DNA of 64,000 nucleotides from an uncultured Alphaproteobacteria bacterium (GCA_902618385.1 CACNAF010000003.1:6852-70851); one strand, 5' to 3'. Counted from the stretch's first letter, positions 35,424-44,978 are shown. The notes: generated by a model from the sequence alone, not told the origin. Numbers and translations are program-made.

Positions 35424-36239
35424 ATGAAGTTTAAAGTTCGCGGAATTGATACGTTTGCCTCCACTGGAGGCAGACCTTTTGATAAAAACAAACCTCTTAT
35501 AATCTTCGTTCACGGTAGTGGACTAAGTCACATGGTTTGGGTTTTACAAACACGCTACTTTGCATTTCGTGGATACAGCGTTTTAGCCGTTGATTTACCA
35601 GGTCACGGACTTTCTTCTGGTGAAAGTCTAAAAACTATTGAAGAAATGGGAAACTGGGTTGGTGATGTAATTGGAGCAGTTGGATGTAAAGAAGCTTCAC
35701 TAGTTGGACATTCCCAAGGATGTCTTGTAACAATGGAATGTGTTGCTCAACACCCAGAAAAAATTAAAACGTTAACTCTTATGGGTGGTGCATCTGCAAT
35801 TCCAATGAATCCTGAACTATTAAGGCTTGCTGAAGAGAGTAATCCTAAGGCTGTTGATCTTATGATGGATTTTGCGCACGGGCCTGCAGGACATTTTGGG
35901 GGCCATCCTGTTCCAGGTTTATATCACCTAAATGTTGGTTCCATGATTGTTCAAAATAAAGAAATTAAAGATACTCTAGGTGTTGATTTTAGAGCATGTG
36001 ATAATTATAAAAATGGACCTGAGGTTGCTAAGAAATTGGATTTACCTACTCTTTCTATATTAGGTGCACAAGATAGAATGTGCCGTTTAAAAGATGGAAA
36101 AATTCTTGCTGATTATATTAAAGGATCGGAAGTAAAGATCATTGAAGATTGTGGTCATATGATGCTCCTAGAAGAAGCAGATCAAACATTAGAAATTCTA
36201 AAGAAATTTATAGCCGAACATTATCCTTTACCCAGTTAG
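35424..36239 (+). CDS. Alpha/beta fold hydrolase
   Basis: HGSG oxyanion region, DLPGHG, GHSQG nucleophile, GHMMLLE. Confidence 0.85.
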   Translation: MKFKVRGIDTFASTGGRPFDKNKPLIIFVHGSGLSHMVWVLQTRYFAFRGYSVLAVDLPGHGLSSGESLKTIEEMGNWVGDVIGAVGCKEASLVGHSQGCLVTMECVAQHPEKIKTLTLMGGASAIPMNPELLRLAEESNPKAVDLMMDFAHGPAGHFGGHPVPGLYHLNVGSMIVQNKEIKDTLGVDFRACDNYKNGPEVAKKLDLPTLSILGAQDRMCRLKDGKILADYIKGSEVKIIEDCGHMMLLEEADQTLEILKKFIAEHYPLPS

Positions 36240-36278
36240 TTAATTTTTTTAAATTTTTAGTAATTAATATTTCTGCTA

Positions 36279-36461
36279 TTACTGATTTTCTTCTTTATCA
36301 GGCCTTGTAAGTTCTTCGAGTTTACGCATTTCCTCTTCCATTTTAAGCTTTTCTTGCTCTTCACGTTTTCTTTTGCGTTCCTCAGCTTTCATTTTTAGTT
36401 TAAGCTCTTTCTGCATTTTGCGGTCTCCCGCTTTAGATTTGTGATTAAAGTGAATGCCCAT
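36279..36461 (-). CDS. Small highly charged hypothetical protein
   Basis: 60-aa ORF filling the gap, higher GC than its flanks, E/K/R-rich helix. Confidence 0.65.
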   Translation of the reverse strand: MGIHFNHKSKAGDRKMQKELKLKMKAEERKRKREEQEKLKMEEEMRKLEELTRPDKEENQ

Positions 36462-36516
36462 ATAAACCTGGCAACTATATACTAAATATTATGAAATATT
36501 TCTAGACTCTAATTTG

Positions 36517-36711
36517 CTAATTTCTAGCTAACCAAACAATTACAACAAAGATAAATATAGCAATTGCCTGAAATAGTACTCTCAACCGCATTAGTTTATT
36601 ACTGTGATTTTTGTTAAGCTTTCCATTTACTGCCATTGCAATAACACCAACAACAACAACTGCTAGAGTTGCTGCCATGAACAAGACAAGTATTATTTGC
36701 ATTGTGCTCAT
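36517..36711 (-). CDS. Twin transmembrane helix small protein (HIG1-like)
   Basis: Two TM helices linked by SNKLMRLRVLFQ. Confidence 0.85.
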   Translation of the reverse strand: MSTMQIILVLFMAATLAVVVVGVIAMAVNGKLNKNHSNKLMRLRVLFQAIAIFIFVVIVWLARN

Positions 36712-36773
36712 AATAATATCTATATAAAACTTTTATTCTATGAAACAAGATAACTTGAATAAAGTGTTTTATT

Positions 36774-37448
36774 ATGGTTGATATTTTAAAAGGCCCGTCA
36801 ATTACTAAACATCAAAATCCAAAAAAATTGATGATTATGCTTCATGGATATGGAGATAACGCTACTAATTTTATTCAAATTGCAAATTTAATTGATCAAG
36901 ATGAATTTGGGATGAAATATGTTGCTTTAAATGCACCAGATACAATTCAAGATTATCCTATGGGGCATGAATGGTTTCAATTATATCTCAATGGCACTCA
37001 TATTTCTAATGCTGGTGTAAAAGAATATGATGTAGCCAAAAAGAAAATTTTTGAGAATGTTGAAAAAATTTATAACTCTATTTCTCTTTTATTAGAAAAT
37101 TTAAATTTAAAAATGACCGATTGTTTTGTTATGGGTTTTTCTCAAGGAGGTATGATGGCATTTGAACTTGGGCAAATACTTCAAAATCAGTTGGCAGGCT
37201 TAGCACTTATATCTTCAAGAATTATATCAAAAGAGCATAAGCCTAATAATGCATTTTTAAAAACACCAATTTTTATTTCTCATGGAGCTCAAGATGCTGT
37301 TTTGCCTATTTCCAATTACAACGAGTCACTTGAAGTCTTAAAAAAGTATAACTACAATTATGAAAATTATCTTATTAAAACTGACGAGCATACAATGTCA
37401 CAAGAAACAATAACTTTTTTCCAAAATTTTATTAAAAAAAATATTTAA
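36774..37448 (+). CDS. Phospholipase/carboxylesterase family hydrolase
   Basis: LHGYG, GFSQGG, HG.QD.V, C-terminal His. Confidence 0.85.
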   Translation: MVDILKGPSITKHQNPKKLMIMLHGYGDNATNFIQIANLIDQDEFGMKYVALNAPDTIQDYPMGHEWFQLYLNGTHISNAGVKEYDVAKKKIFENVEKIYNSISLLLENLNLKMTDCFVMGFSQGGMMAFELGQILQNQLAGLALISSRIISKEHKPNNAFLKTPIFISHGAQDAVLPISNYNESLEVLKKYNYNYENYLIKTDEHTMSQETITFFQNFIKKNI

Positions 37449-37512
37449 AGTAATCGAATCTTCATATTATATTACTATCTGAATATTATGACTTGGGTGA
37501 GTAGAAACTAAA

Positions 37513-38067
37513 ATGAGTACCGCAGAAAATCCAGCTTTGGTTCTTAATGCTGATTTTCGGCCGCTATCTTATTACCCACTTTCTTTATGTTCATGGCAAG
37601 ATGCCATCAAAGCTGTTTTTCTAGAAAGGGTTTCAGTAATCGAAAATTACGAACAAGAAGTTCATTCTCCAAATCTTACTTTTAAGTTACCAAGTGTAAT
37701 AGCTTTAAAAGATTATGTTACTCCACAACGAAAACCTGCTTTTACACGTTTTAACGTTTTTTTGAGAGATAATTTTACTTGTCAGTATTGTACCAATCGT
37801 TTTCCTGCAAACGAACTAACATTTGACCATCTAGTTCCTAAATGTCTGAATGGAAAAACTACTTGGGAAAATGTTGTCTCTGCGTGCACATCCTGTAATT
37901 TAAAAAAAGGAAGAAAACTTATACAGAATACAGATATGAAACTTTTTAAAAAACCTCTTCGACCATCGTCAATTCAATTACAAAATAATGGTAGAAATTT
38001 CCCTCCTAATTTTTTGCATGAGACTTGGAGAGACTATTTATATTGGGATACAGAATTAGAAAATTAA
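37513..38067 (+). CDS. HNH endonuclease (conserved alphaproteobacterial McrA-like family)
   Basis: ALVLNADFRPLSYYPLS, CQYC, TFDHLVP, WENVVSACTSCN. Confidence 0.88.
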   Translation: MSTAENPALVLNADFRPLSYYPLSLCSWQDAIKAVFLERVSVIENYEQEVHSPNLTFKLPSVIALKDYVTPQRKPAFTRFNVFLRDNFTCQYCTNRFPANELTFDHLVPKCLNGKTTWENVVSACTSCNLKKGRKLIQNTDMKLFKKPLRPSSIQLQNNGRNFPPNFLHETWRDYLYWDTELEN

Positions 38068-38633
38068 ATTTTTTTTGATATAGCGATTGCCGTTTTACAT
38101 CCAAGTTCTATTACTTTTGACATAATTTTATACCCTGGCGCACTTTCTGCATCATGTTCTATTCCAATATCATGATGTTCAAGTTCATCATCTCGGAATT
38201 TGGAAATTGTTTTTTTTAAATCTTTATGGTCATCTCCTAAGAGCTCTAATTGTTCTTGGTAATGTTCACCAATTACTTTTTCAACAGCAACAGTACATGC
38301 CATGGCAGCTTTTTCACCCATTAAGGCAGTGGATGCGCCAAGCGCGTAACCCGCAACATTCCACAAAGGTAAAAGAGCAGTTGGTCTAACTCTATGCTCT
38401 AATATTAATTCATTAAATTTATCAATATGCTCTTGTTCCTGATCAGCCATATGTTGAATAGTTTTGCCAAGCTTTGAACTTTTCCCAAAAACTGCTATTT
38501 GACCATCATATATTTTAGTGGCACCATATTCACCAGCATGATTGACTCTTATAATTTCTTCTAAAATCTCCCTATGAGTAGTTCTATTTGACGAAGATTT
38601 TTTTTTAGACGTTTTTTTCTTTTTTAGAGCCAT
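38064..38633 (-). CDS. coq7: Demethoxyubiquinone hydroxylase (di-iron)
   Basis: IRVNHAGEYGA, E.EH, AVE.VI..HY, DELEH; start placed at ATG 38633. Confidence 0.92.
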   Translation of the reverse strand: MALKKKKTSKKKSSSNRTTHREILEEIIRVNHAGEYGATKIYDGQIAVFGKSSKLGKTIQHMADQEQEHIDKFNELILEHRVRPTALLPLWNVAGYALGASTALMGEKAAMACTVAVEKVIGEHYQEQLELLGDDHKDLKKTISKFRDDELEHHDIGIEHDAESAPGYKIMSKVIELGCKTAIAISKKI

Positions 38634-39099
38634 AGTTTCTAAATAAGTAAATAGCATTTAAAATAAAAATAACTAGTAAAACAAGCGTATTAATTGAAGC
38701 AGCAGAAATTCCATAAAAACTCCAAATAACTTCATCACAACTAATTACCTGCTTTGATAATATCTGCGCTTTGAGATCTGCAGCATTATCACTGTTAGTT
38801 AGCATTGCTGAACAACCTGCTGGTCCTTTAAGAATTTTATTTTCTACTCCTACGTGCCATATAGAATAAAAAAGACCATAAACTGATGCAAACTGTATTA
38901 CTAAATAAAACCAAATTTTATTTAAATTTTTGAATAAAAATATCAAAATTAAACATATTAAAATTAAATAATACGGATGTCTTTGCTTTAAACACAATTC
39001 ACATGGCTGAAGATTAAAAAAATATTCTGCAATTAACGCTGATGATATCGAAATAAGCGAAATAAAAAATAAAAGTGTTATCCAATTACGAATTATCAT
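38605..39099 (-). CDS. dsbB: Disulfide bond formation protein B family
   Basis: PCELCLKQR, HVGVE, second Cys pair, four TM helices. Confidence 0.85.
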   Translation of the reverse strand: MIIRNWITLLFFISLISISSALIAEYFFNLQPCELCLKQRHPYYLILICLILIFLFKNLNKIWFYLVIQFASVYGLFYSIWHVGVENKILKGPAGCSAMLTNSDNAADLKAQILSKQVISCDEVIWSFYGISAASINTLVLLVIFILNAIYLFRNYGSKKEKNV

Positions 39100-39680
39100 A
39101 AAAATCTAATTATAAAAACACTTCCAACAAGTAAAATAAAAAACACAATGGTTAAAAAATTAAAATATTTATCAATAATTAACTTAATTTTTTCACCAAA
39201 AAAATAAAGAAGTATTGCTATCAAATAAAATCTTAATCCTCGGCCAATAATAGAAACAAAAATAAACAAAAAAATATTTAATCCAAATACGCCGCTTGCA
39301 ATAGTAATAAACTTATAAGGAAATGGAGTTATTCCTGCACCAAGAACAATCAATATACCAAATTCTTTGTAATAGCTTTCAAAAATATTAAAAGAATTTT
39401 CTAAATGATAAAAGTCTACAATGTAAATACCTACTGAATTATAAAAAAAATATCCTATTACATATCCTAGTATTCCACCAAGTACTGAAAAGAGTGTACA
39501 TATAAATGCATAAAATAGAGCATTTGCTTTGGAAGCTAACGCCATTGGTATAAGCAGTATATCTGGTGGAATTGGAAAAAATGAGCTTTCTACAAATGAT
39601 ATTAGACTTAAATACCACTTTGCATTTTTATGTTGTGCTTTTTCTAAAGTCCAATTGTAAATTCTTTTAAGAAAATTCAT
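39096..39680 (-). CDS. YqaA/DedA (SNARE-associated) membrane protein
   Basis: SFVESSFFPIPPD, TPFPYK, GRGLRF. Confidence 0.88.
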   Translation of the reverse strand: MNFLKRIYNWTLEKAQHKNAKWYLSLISFVESSFFPIPPDILLIPMALASKANALFYAFICTLFSVLGGILGYVIGYFFYNSVGIYIVDFYHLENSFNIFESYYKEFGILIVLGAGITPFPYKFITIASGVFGLNIFLFIFVSIIGRGLRFYLIAILLYFFGEKIKLIIDKYFNFLTIVFFILLVGSVFIIRFL

Positions 39681-39755
39681 TTAATTTATTTTTTTTATAA
39701 TTTTGATTTATACTATTAATGATTTTAAATCTAAATTATCATAAATATTACTTAA

Positions 39756-40952
39756 ATGGAAAATATAGAGACTAAAGAATTAAAAACTGCATTTTATGCA
39801 ACCTTTTCACAAGGTTTCTTTGCAACATTAACCTTCAGTATGTTTATGGTAAATTCACCAATTCTTTTTGATTTGATTGATATGACAAAAACAGAATTTT
39901 CTATAGGATTTATTATTTTTGGTATTTGTAATGTAATTACAAACCAACTTACAACCCGTTTTTTACTCCCAAAAATAGGAAGCACAAATTGTTTAATAAT
40001 TGCAAGATTATTATACGCATTTATTCCATTTTCTATTTTTTACTTCTCTTCTTATAATTTTTTTATTTTTGTATCTATGTTGTGGGGTATTTCTATTGGC
40101 ATACAAGCACCAAATATTTTTACACAAGTTGCGATAATAGAAGAGAAAACAAAAAAAATTCTTAATCCAATATTTAAATCATCCTTTAATTTTGGTTTTC
40201 TTCTTGGAGCAGGAATATCTAGTTTATGTCTTGGTTTAGAAATTGATCCTGTCTTTACTACTTTTGTTGTGGGTTTCTTTGTTTTTATATCAACTTTGAC
40301 TATGTATTTCTTTGGATTGAATATGAAATATGATGTTGTTAATAAGGATCCAAGATTTTCAATTCCAAATTATAAAATTATCATGTTTGCATCAATTAAC
40401 ATGTGTATTATCGCATTTATGGGAATAATAATTCAATGGTCACCTTTATGGCTCGTTACTGATCTTTCTGCGCCAATTTTTTTAGTCGGTTCAATAGTTA
40501 TTTTTTTTAATTTAGGTGAGATCATAAGTAATATGTTTGCGTCAAAATTAATTACAAAACTTGGTGAAGTAATTGTAGGTCCATGTTTTGCAATGGTTGG
40601 ATCCACAATATTGGTGTTAAGTATTTTTTCTCAAAATATAATTATTATTTTTATAGCAATAACACTTTTTGGAATGTTAATTTCGAACGTTATGCCTATA
40701 GTATTTAGACAGGCAGTAAAAAATTCTCAAAATCCAATTCCAGTTACTATTTCTCATATATCAAGTATTGCTTTTGTTGGAGCTATATTTGGACCCGCTG
40801 TAGTTGGAATTTCAGCTGAAACTTTTGGTTTAACATTTAATATGTATGCATTAGGTGTAATAATGTTTTTGATTGCTTTACTAATGTTTTTTATAATGCG
40901 TGAAGATAAATTGGTAGGAGTAGAGGGAATCGAACCCACACCACCGAAGTGA
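39756..40952 (+). CDS. Major facilitator superfamily transporter (divergent); last 41 bp overlap tRNA-Leu antisense
   Basis: About 12 hydrophobic segments in two halves, G..FGP.VVG motif near the C-terminus. Confidence 0.75.
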   Translation: MENIETKELKTAFYATFSQGFFATLTFSMFMVNSPILFDLIDMTKTEFSIGFIIFGICNVITNQLTTRFLLPKIGSTNCLIIARLLYAFIPFSIFYFSSYNFFIFVSMLWGISIGIQAPNIFTQVAIIEEKTKKILNPIFKSSFNFGFLLGAGISSLCLGLEIDPVFTTFVVGFFVFISTLTMYFFGLNMKYDVVNKDPRFSIPNYKIIMFASINMCIIAFMGIIIQWSPLWLVTDLSAPIFLVGSIVIFFNLGEIISNMFASKLITKLGEVIVGPCFAMVGSTILVLSIFSQNIIIIFIAITLFGMLISNVMPIVFRQAVKNSQNPIPVTISHISSIAFVGAIFGPAVVGISAETFGLTFNMYALGVIMFLIALLMFFIMREDKLVGVEGIEPTPPK

Positions 40953-40996
40953 CCGGATTTTGAATCCGGCGCGTCTACCAGTTCCGCCATACTCCC
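40912..40996 (-). tRNA. tRNA-Leu (anticodon CAA), 85 nt, encoded CCA
   Basis: GGGAGTA/TACTCCT acceptor stem, D-arm GGCGGAACTGGTAGACGC, CCGGA-TTCAAAA-TCCGG anticodon arm, long variable arm, GGTTCGATTCC, ACCA end. Confidence 0.97.
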
Positions 40997-41066
40997 TTAG
41001 TTAAGGTTTACTCTGGTTTTAATTATTAGTCTATTAGTTTCAATGATTTATTTATTTTTATTACGA

Positions 41067-41669
41067 TTATCTTTTTAGATTAAATTTTGAAGAAATAGTC
41101 GTGTATTCACTATATCCCATTCTTGCTATATATCTCATTGCAACACTATCAACTCTATTATTCTTAATAAATTTATTATTTATAAAAATTCCAATTACTT
41201 CACCAATAATCATTGTAGAGATTTTTTTTGAATTTGATTTTAATTTAATTGTTTTTACTAATTTACATTCTAAATTAACAGGACTATCTTTAACTGATGG
41301 AGTTTTAACAAGTCTTGATTTTTTCTTTTTTAAATTAGACAAAATAAATTCATCTTCATCTGGTTTGAAATCCCTGGAAGATATATTCATTTGATTTCGT
41401 GAAGTGGAAGTTGCAAAATTTACAACAAATTCTTTTGTAGTCAAAATATTTGATAATGAATCCTTATATTTTCCATGTGTTGAACTACCATTTGAACAAA
41501 ACATAACCTGTGGAGGCTCATCAGCCACAGCGTTAAAATATGAATATGGTGCTAAGTTTGCTATTCCATTTTTACTAATTGAAGAAATCCATCCAATAGG
41601 TCTAGGAAAAACTAGTGACTTAAATGGATCTATTTTAAAAGGACTTCCCTTTTTTGGCTCATAAAACAT
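41067..41669 (-). CDS. Flavin reductase-like (DIM6/NTAB) family protein
   Basis: PRPIGWISS, NLAPYSYFN, KDSL.NI..T.EFVVN, SPVNLEC, RMG. Confidence 0.88.
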   Translation of the reverse strand: MFYEPKKGSPFKIDPFKSLVFPRPIGWISSISKNGIANLAPYSYFNAVADEPPQVMFCSNGSSTHGKYKDSLSNILTTKEFVVNFATSTSRNQMNISSRDFKPDEDEFILSNLKKKKSRLVKTPSVKDSPVNLECKLVKTIKLKSNSKKISTMIIGEVIGIFINNKFIKNNRVDSVAMRYIARMGYSEYTTISSKFNLKR

Positions 41670-41677
41670 TATCTATT

Positions 41678-42091
41678 TTATAAATAAGAATTTGCATATT
41701 CTTTTATTTTTTCAAGCATTGAATAAACTCCATTCCTTCTCCCTGGAGTTAAAAGAGTATCAAGCTCTAAAGTATTTAGCATACTAAAATCAGAATTTTT
41801 AATTTCAGATGGATTTCTGTCTCCATAAATATCACATAGAATTGTTACCATACCCTTTGATATAAATGCATCTGAGTCGTAATAAAATGAAAGTTTATTT
41901 TCTTTTAATTGAGGAACCAGCCAAACTTGTGCCTGACATCCAGAAACTTTGAACGAGTCATTTCTATATTCTTCAGGAAAAATTTTTGCATTTTTCGCCT
42001 GATCAATTAAAAACTTATACTTATCCATACCGTCATCAAATAGATCTAGATTCTCTTTGTAGTAATTTATTTTTTCTTCTATTGTTTTCAT
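41678..42091 (-). CDS. sufE: SufE family sulfur acceptor
   Basis: VSGCQAQVW, DSDA.I.KG, LTPGRRNG. Confidence 0.9.
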   Translation of the reverse strand: MKTIEEKINYYKENLDLFDDGMDKYKFLIDQAKNAKIFPEEYRNDSFKVSGCQAQVWLVPQLKENKLSFYYDSDAFISKGMVTILCDIYGDRNPSEIKNSDFSMLNTLELDTLLTPGRRNGVYSMLEKIKEYANSYL

Positions 42092-43137
42092 GACATAAAT
42101 TTTCTTAATACTTTAGCAGAATCCTCAGGCAATACATCCATAATGAAAACACCAGCCATTGATTCAGAGCCTGCTAAAACTTTAGGTTTATCTCCATGTC
42201 GTAAAGGTGGATAAAATTCAACGTGAAAATGAAACTGATCATCATCTAATTCGGGAGAAGCATGTAAACCCATTATATATGGACATCTTTTATTGAGAAA
42301 ACTATCATATCCTTTTACAACCTGTTGAATACATTTAGAAAAATCTTCAGTTTGTTTATCATTAAATTTCCAAGGGCCTTCAATTTGATTTCTTGGTATT
42401 ATCCATACTTCGTAAGCATATCTTGCAAAAGGTGGTACGGCTGCAATAAAATTTTCATTTTGATACACATAATATTTCTCCTCCAGCTGCTTCATAATTT
42501 TAATTAAAAAGTTCTCTTCTCTAAATGCCCTTATTTCTTTTTCAATTGCAGGAGGAATAAAAGGATAAGCATAAATTTGACCATGTGGATGATGAAGCGT
42601 AACACCACATTCTTCCCCTCTATTTTCAAAAGGTAGAACATATTTAACGTCAGGTTTTTTTTGTAACTGCTTATATCTATCGATCCAAACTGTAGTTAAT
42701 AATTCTATTCGCTCTAAAGGCATTTCAGAAATTGTATCAAGATGTTCAGGTGAATATACAACTACTTCACATTCTCCTTTTGAAGGTTTACTCATAACTT
42801 TTTCTAAGAATATATTTTCACCTTTGGTATTAAAACTAGCCCAACGATTTGGAAAGACAGCAACTTCAAAGTTTGAAAATGGTATCTCTGTTGGATAATT
42901 TAAATTTGCTCCTGGACAAAGTGGGCAATATTCTTTTGGTGGAAATGAAGTTCTGTCTTTTCTTCCTGCTGAGTAAGTAACCCATTCTGCTCTTGAAGGA
43001 TTCCATCTCATATGAGGTTTAGAAATTTCTGTTACTTCAAGTTCTTGACTTGGGGACTCTTTGTGTTCCTTGTAACCATAAAGATAAAGTTCTTTTTTAT
43101 CATTTCTTATAAAAATTCTTTTATGTATTTGATTCAT
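42088..43137 (-). CDS. galT: Galactose-1-phosphate uridylyltransferase
   Basis: R.NP...W, CPLCPG, FENRG..CGVTLHHPHGQ, FHFHVEFYPP. Confidence 0.9.
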   Translation of the reverse strand: MNQIHKRIFIRNDKKELYLYGYKEHKESPSQELEVTEISKPHMRWNPSRAEWVTYSAGRKDRTSFPPKEYCPLCPGANLNYPTEIPFSNFEVAVFPNRWASFNTKGENIFLEKVMSKPSKGECEVVVYSPEHLDTISEMPLERIELLTTVWIDRYKQLQKKPDVKYVLPFENRGEECGVTLHHPHGQIYAYPFIPPAIEKEIRAFREENFLIKIMKQLEEKYYVYQNENFIAAVPPFARYAYEVWIIPRNQIEGPWKFNDKQTEDFSKCIQQVVKGYDSFLNKRCPYIMGLHASPELDDDQFHFHVEFYPPLRHGDKPKVLAGSESMAGVFIMDVLPEDSAKVLRKFMS

Positions 43138-44104
43138 TAATTTTTTTTTCCCATTTAATTGAAGAATTTATAATTTTACTTAGATCATTATATTTTGGCC
43201 TCCAATCAATATGTTTTAATATTTTTGATGTATCTGCAATTAATTGTTCAACATCCCCATCTCTTCTGTTTGAAAATTTGTAGTCAATTTTATTTTCTGA
43301 AATTTTATCTGCTGTATTTATAACATCTAAAACACTAAAACCATTTCCATAACCACAATTGAATAAATTAGATTCTGAATTTTCTAATAAATATTTTGCA
43401 ACCTCTAAGTGGATATCAGCAAGATCAGAGACATGAATATAGTCTCTGATAGCTGTTCCATCAGGTGTATTATAATCATTTCCAAATATTTTAATATGAT
43501 CTCTTTTACCTACAACTACTTCAGATAAAATTTTTATTAAATGTGTTGATCTTTTAGATATTTGCCCTGATCTCAATTTCTTATCAGCACCAGCAACGTT
43601 GAAGTACCGCAATATTATAAATTTGTAGTCATCCTTATTTTCTAATAAAAAATTTTCTGTTTTTATTTTAGATTCAGCGTATGGATTCTGAGGATTTAAA
43701 TTTGTATTTTCATCTATTAATTTATTTTCACTTATCGATCCGTATGCAGCAGCTGTTGAAGAAAATACAATTTTATTTAATCCATTATTTTTACAAGTTT
43801 CAAATAATTTAGTTGCATTTTTAGTATTATTATCAAAATATTTCTGAGGATATTTTACAGATTCCTCAACTTGAATAAAACCAGCAAAGTGCATTAATAA
43901 ATCAAAGCTATTAGATTTTATAAGCTCAGAAATTACTTCTTCATCATTAATATTACATTTTATAAAAAATGCATTTTTTGGAATGAGACTTTTATTCCCA
44001 GTAGATAAATCATCAATAATATGTACATTATGACCAGCATCTAGAAGAGAAAGAGCGGCATGACTTCCTATATATCCAGCACCACCTGTCAAAAGAACAT
44101 TCAT
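43121..44104 (-). CDS. galE: UDP-glucose 4-epimerase
   Basis: TGGAGYIGSH, FSSTAA, YAESK, LRYFNVAGA, DGTAIRDYIHV. Confidence 0.94.
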   Translation of the reverse strand: MNVLLTGGAGYIGSHAALSLLDAGHNVHIIDDLSTGNKSLIPKNAFFIKCNINDEEVISELIKSNSFDLLMHFAGFIQVEESVKYPQKYFDNNTKNATKLFETCKNNGLNKIVFSSTAAAYGSISENKLIDENTNLNPQNPYAESKIKTENFLLENKDDYKFIILRYFNVAGADKKLRSGQISKRSTHLIKILSEVVVGKRDHIKIFGNDYNTPDGTAIRDYIHVSDLADIHLEVAKYLLENSESNLFNCGYGNGFSVLDVINTADKISENKIDYKFSNRRDGDVEQLIADTSKILKHIDWRPKYNDLSKIINSSIKWEKKINESNT

Positions 44105-44240
44105 ATATGTATCTAATAAATTATAATTTATTAATTTAAAATTGATATATTTTGTAAATGACTAATATTATAGGCCTCTTTATTTATTGAATTCAAAACA
44201 AAGTCTGTTAATGCTAAAAAAATACATATCATTCTGACAT

Positions 44241-44978
44241 ATGAGATTAGATAAAAAAAATATTATAGTCACTGCAGCTGCGCAAGGTATAGGAAGAGCA
44301 ACAGCACTTAAATTTGCAAATGAAGGGGCTAAAGTTTTAGCAACTGATATTAATGAAGATAAACTAAATGATTTAAAAAATGAAAATGAGAGTATCCAAA
44401 CTATGAAATTGGATTCAACAAACAAAAAAGATGTAGAGGCCTTTTGTTCTTCTGTAGACAAGATTGATGTTTTATTTCACGCAGTAGGTTTTGTTCATCA
44501 CGGAACAATTCTTGATTGTGATGAAGATGAATTTTCACGATCAATAAATGTTAATATATTTTCTGCATATTTAATGACCTACAATCTTTTGCCGAAAATG
44601 TTGAAAGAAAAGAAAGGTAATATCGTTATTGTTTCTTCTGCTGCATCTAATGTTAAAGGTGTGCCTAATAGGTTTATTTATGGAACTACAAAAGCAGCAT
44701 TAAATGGTTTTGTAAAAGCCATAGCTATTGATCACATTAAAGATGGAATTCGCTGTAACGCTATTTTACCAGGCACTGTTGAAACACCTTCTTGGGAGGG
44801 TAGAGTTAACATGGCCGATGATCCTATTAAAGCAAGATCAGACTTTATAGCAAGACAGGCAATGGGAAGATTAGCACAACCAGAAGAAATAGCATCGCTT
44901 GCAACTTATCTAGCAAGTGATGAATCAGATTTTGTAACTGGAACACTAAACTTAATTGATGGAGGATGGACTTTATAA
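44241..44978 (+). CDS. SDR oxidoreductase, 2-keto-3-deoxy-L-fuconate dehydrogenase/BDH2-like
   Basis: TAAAQGIG, G.VHHGTIL, NRFIYGTTKAA, PGTVETPS, FIARQ.MGR. Confidence 0.8.
   Translation: MRLDKKNIIVTAAAQGIGRATALKFANEGAKVLATDINEDKLNDLKNENESIQTMKLDSTNKKDVEAFCSSVDKIDVLFHAVGFVHHGTILDCDEDEFSRSINVNIFSAYLMTYNLLPKMLKEKKGNIVIVSSAASNVKGVPNRFIYGTTKAALNGFVKAIAIDHIKDGIRCNAILPGTVETPSWEGRVNMADDPIKARSDFIARQAMGRLAQPEEIASLATYLASDESDFVTGTLNLIDGGWTL

Noticed and set aside
37513-38067. HNH endonuclease as a mobile or defence element
   Set aside because: It matches the conserved chromosomal alphaproteobacterial HNH family in a housekeeping context, with no repeats, methylase or integrase nearby.
39681-39755. Possible att-site duplicate of the tRNA 3' end bounding an island
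   Set aside because: No copy of the tRNA 3' sequence and no integrase were seen here or elsewhere in the window.
40754-40990. 78-aa minus-strand ORF MAELVDAPDSKSG...
   Set aside because: It is the translation of the tRNA-Leu sequence and the antisense of the MFS gene.
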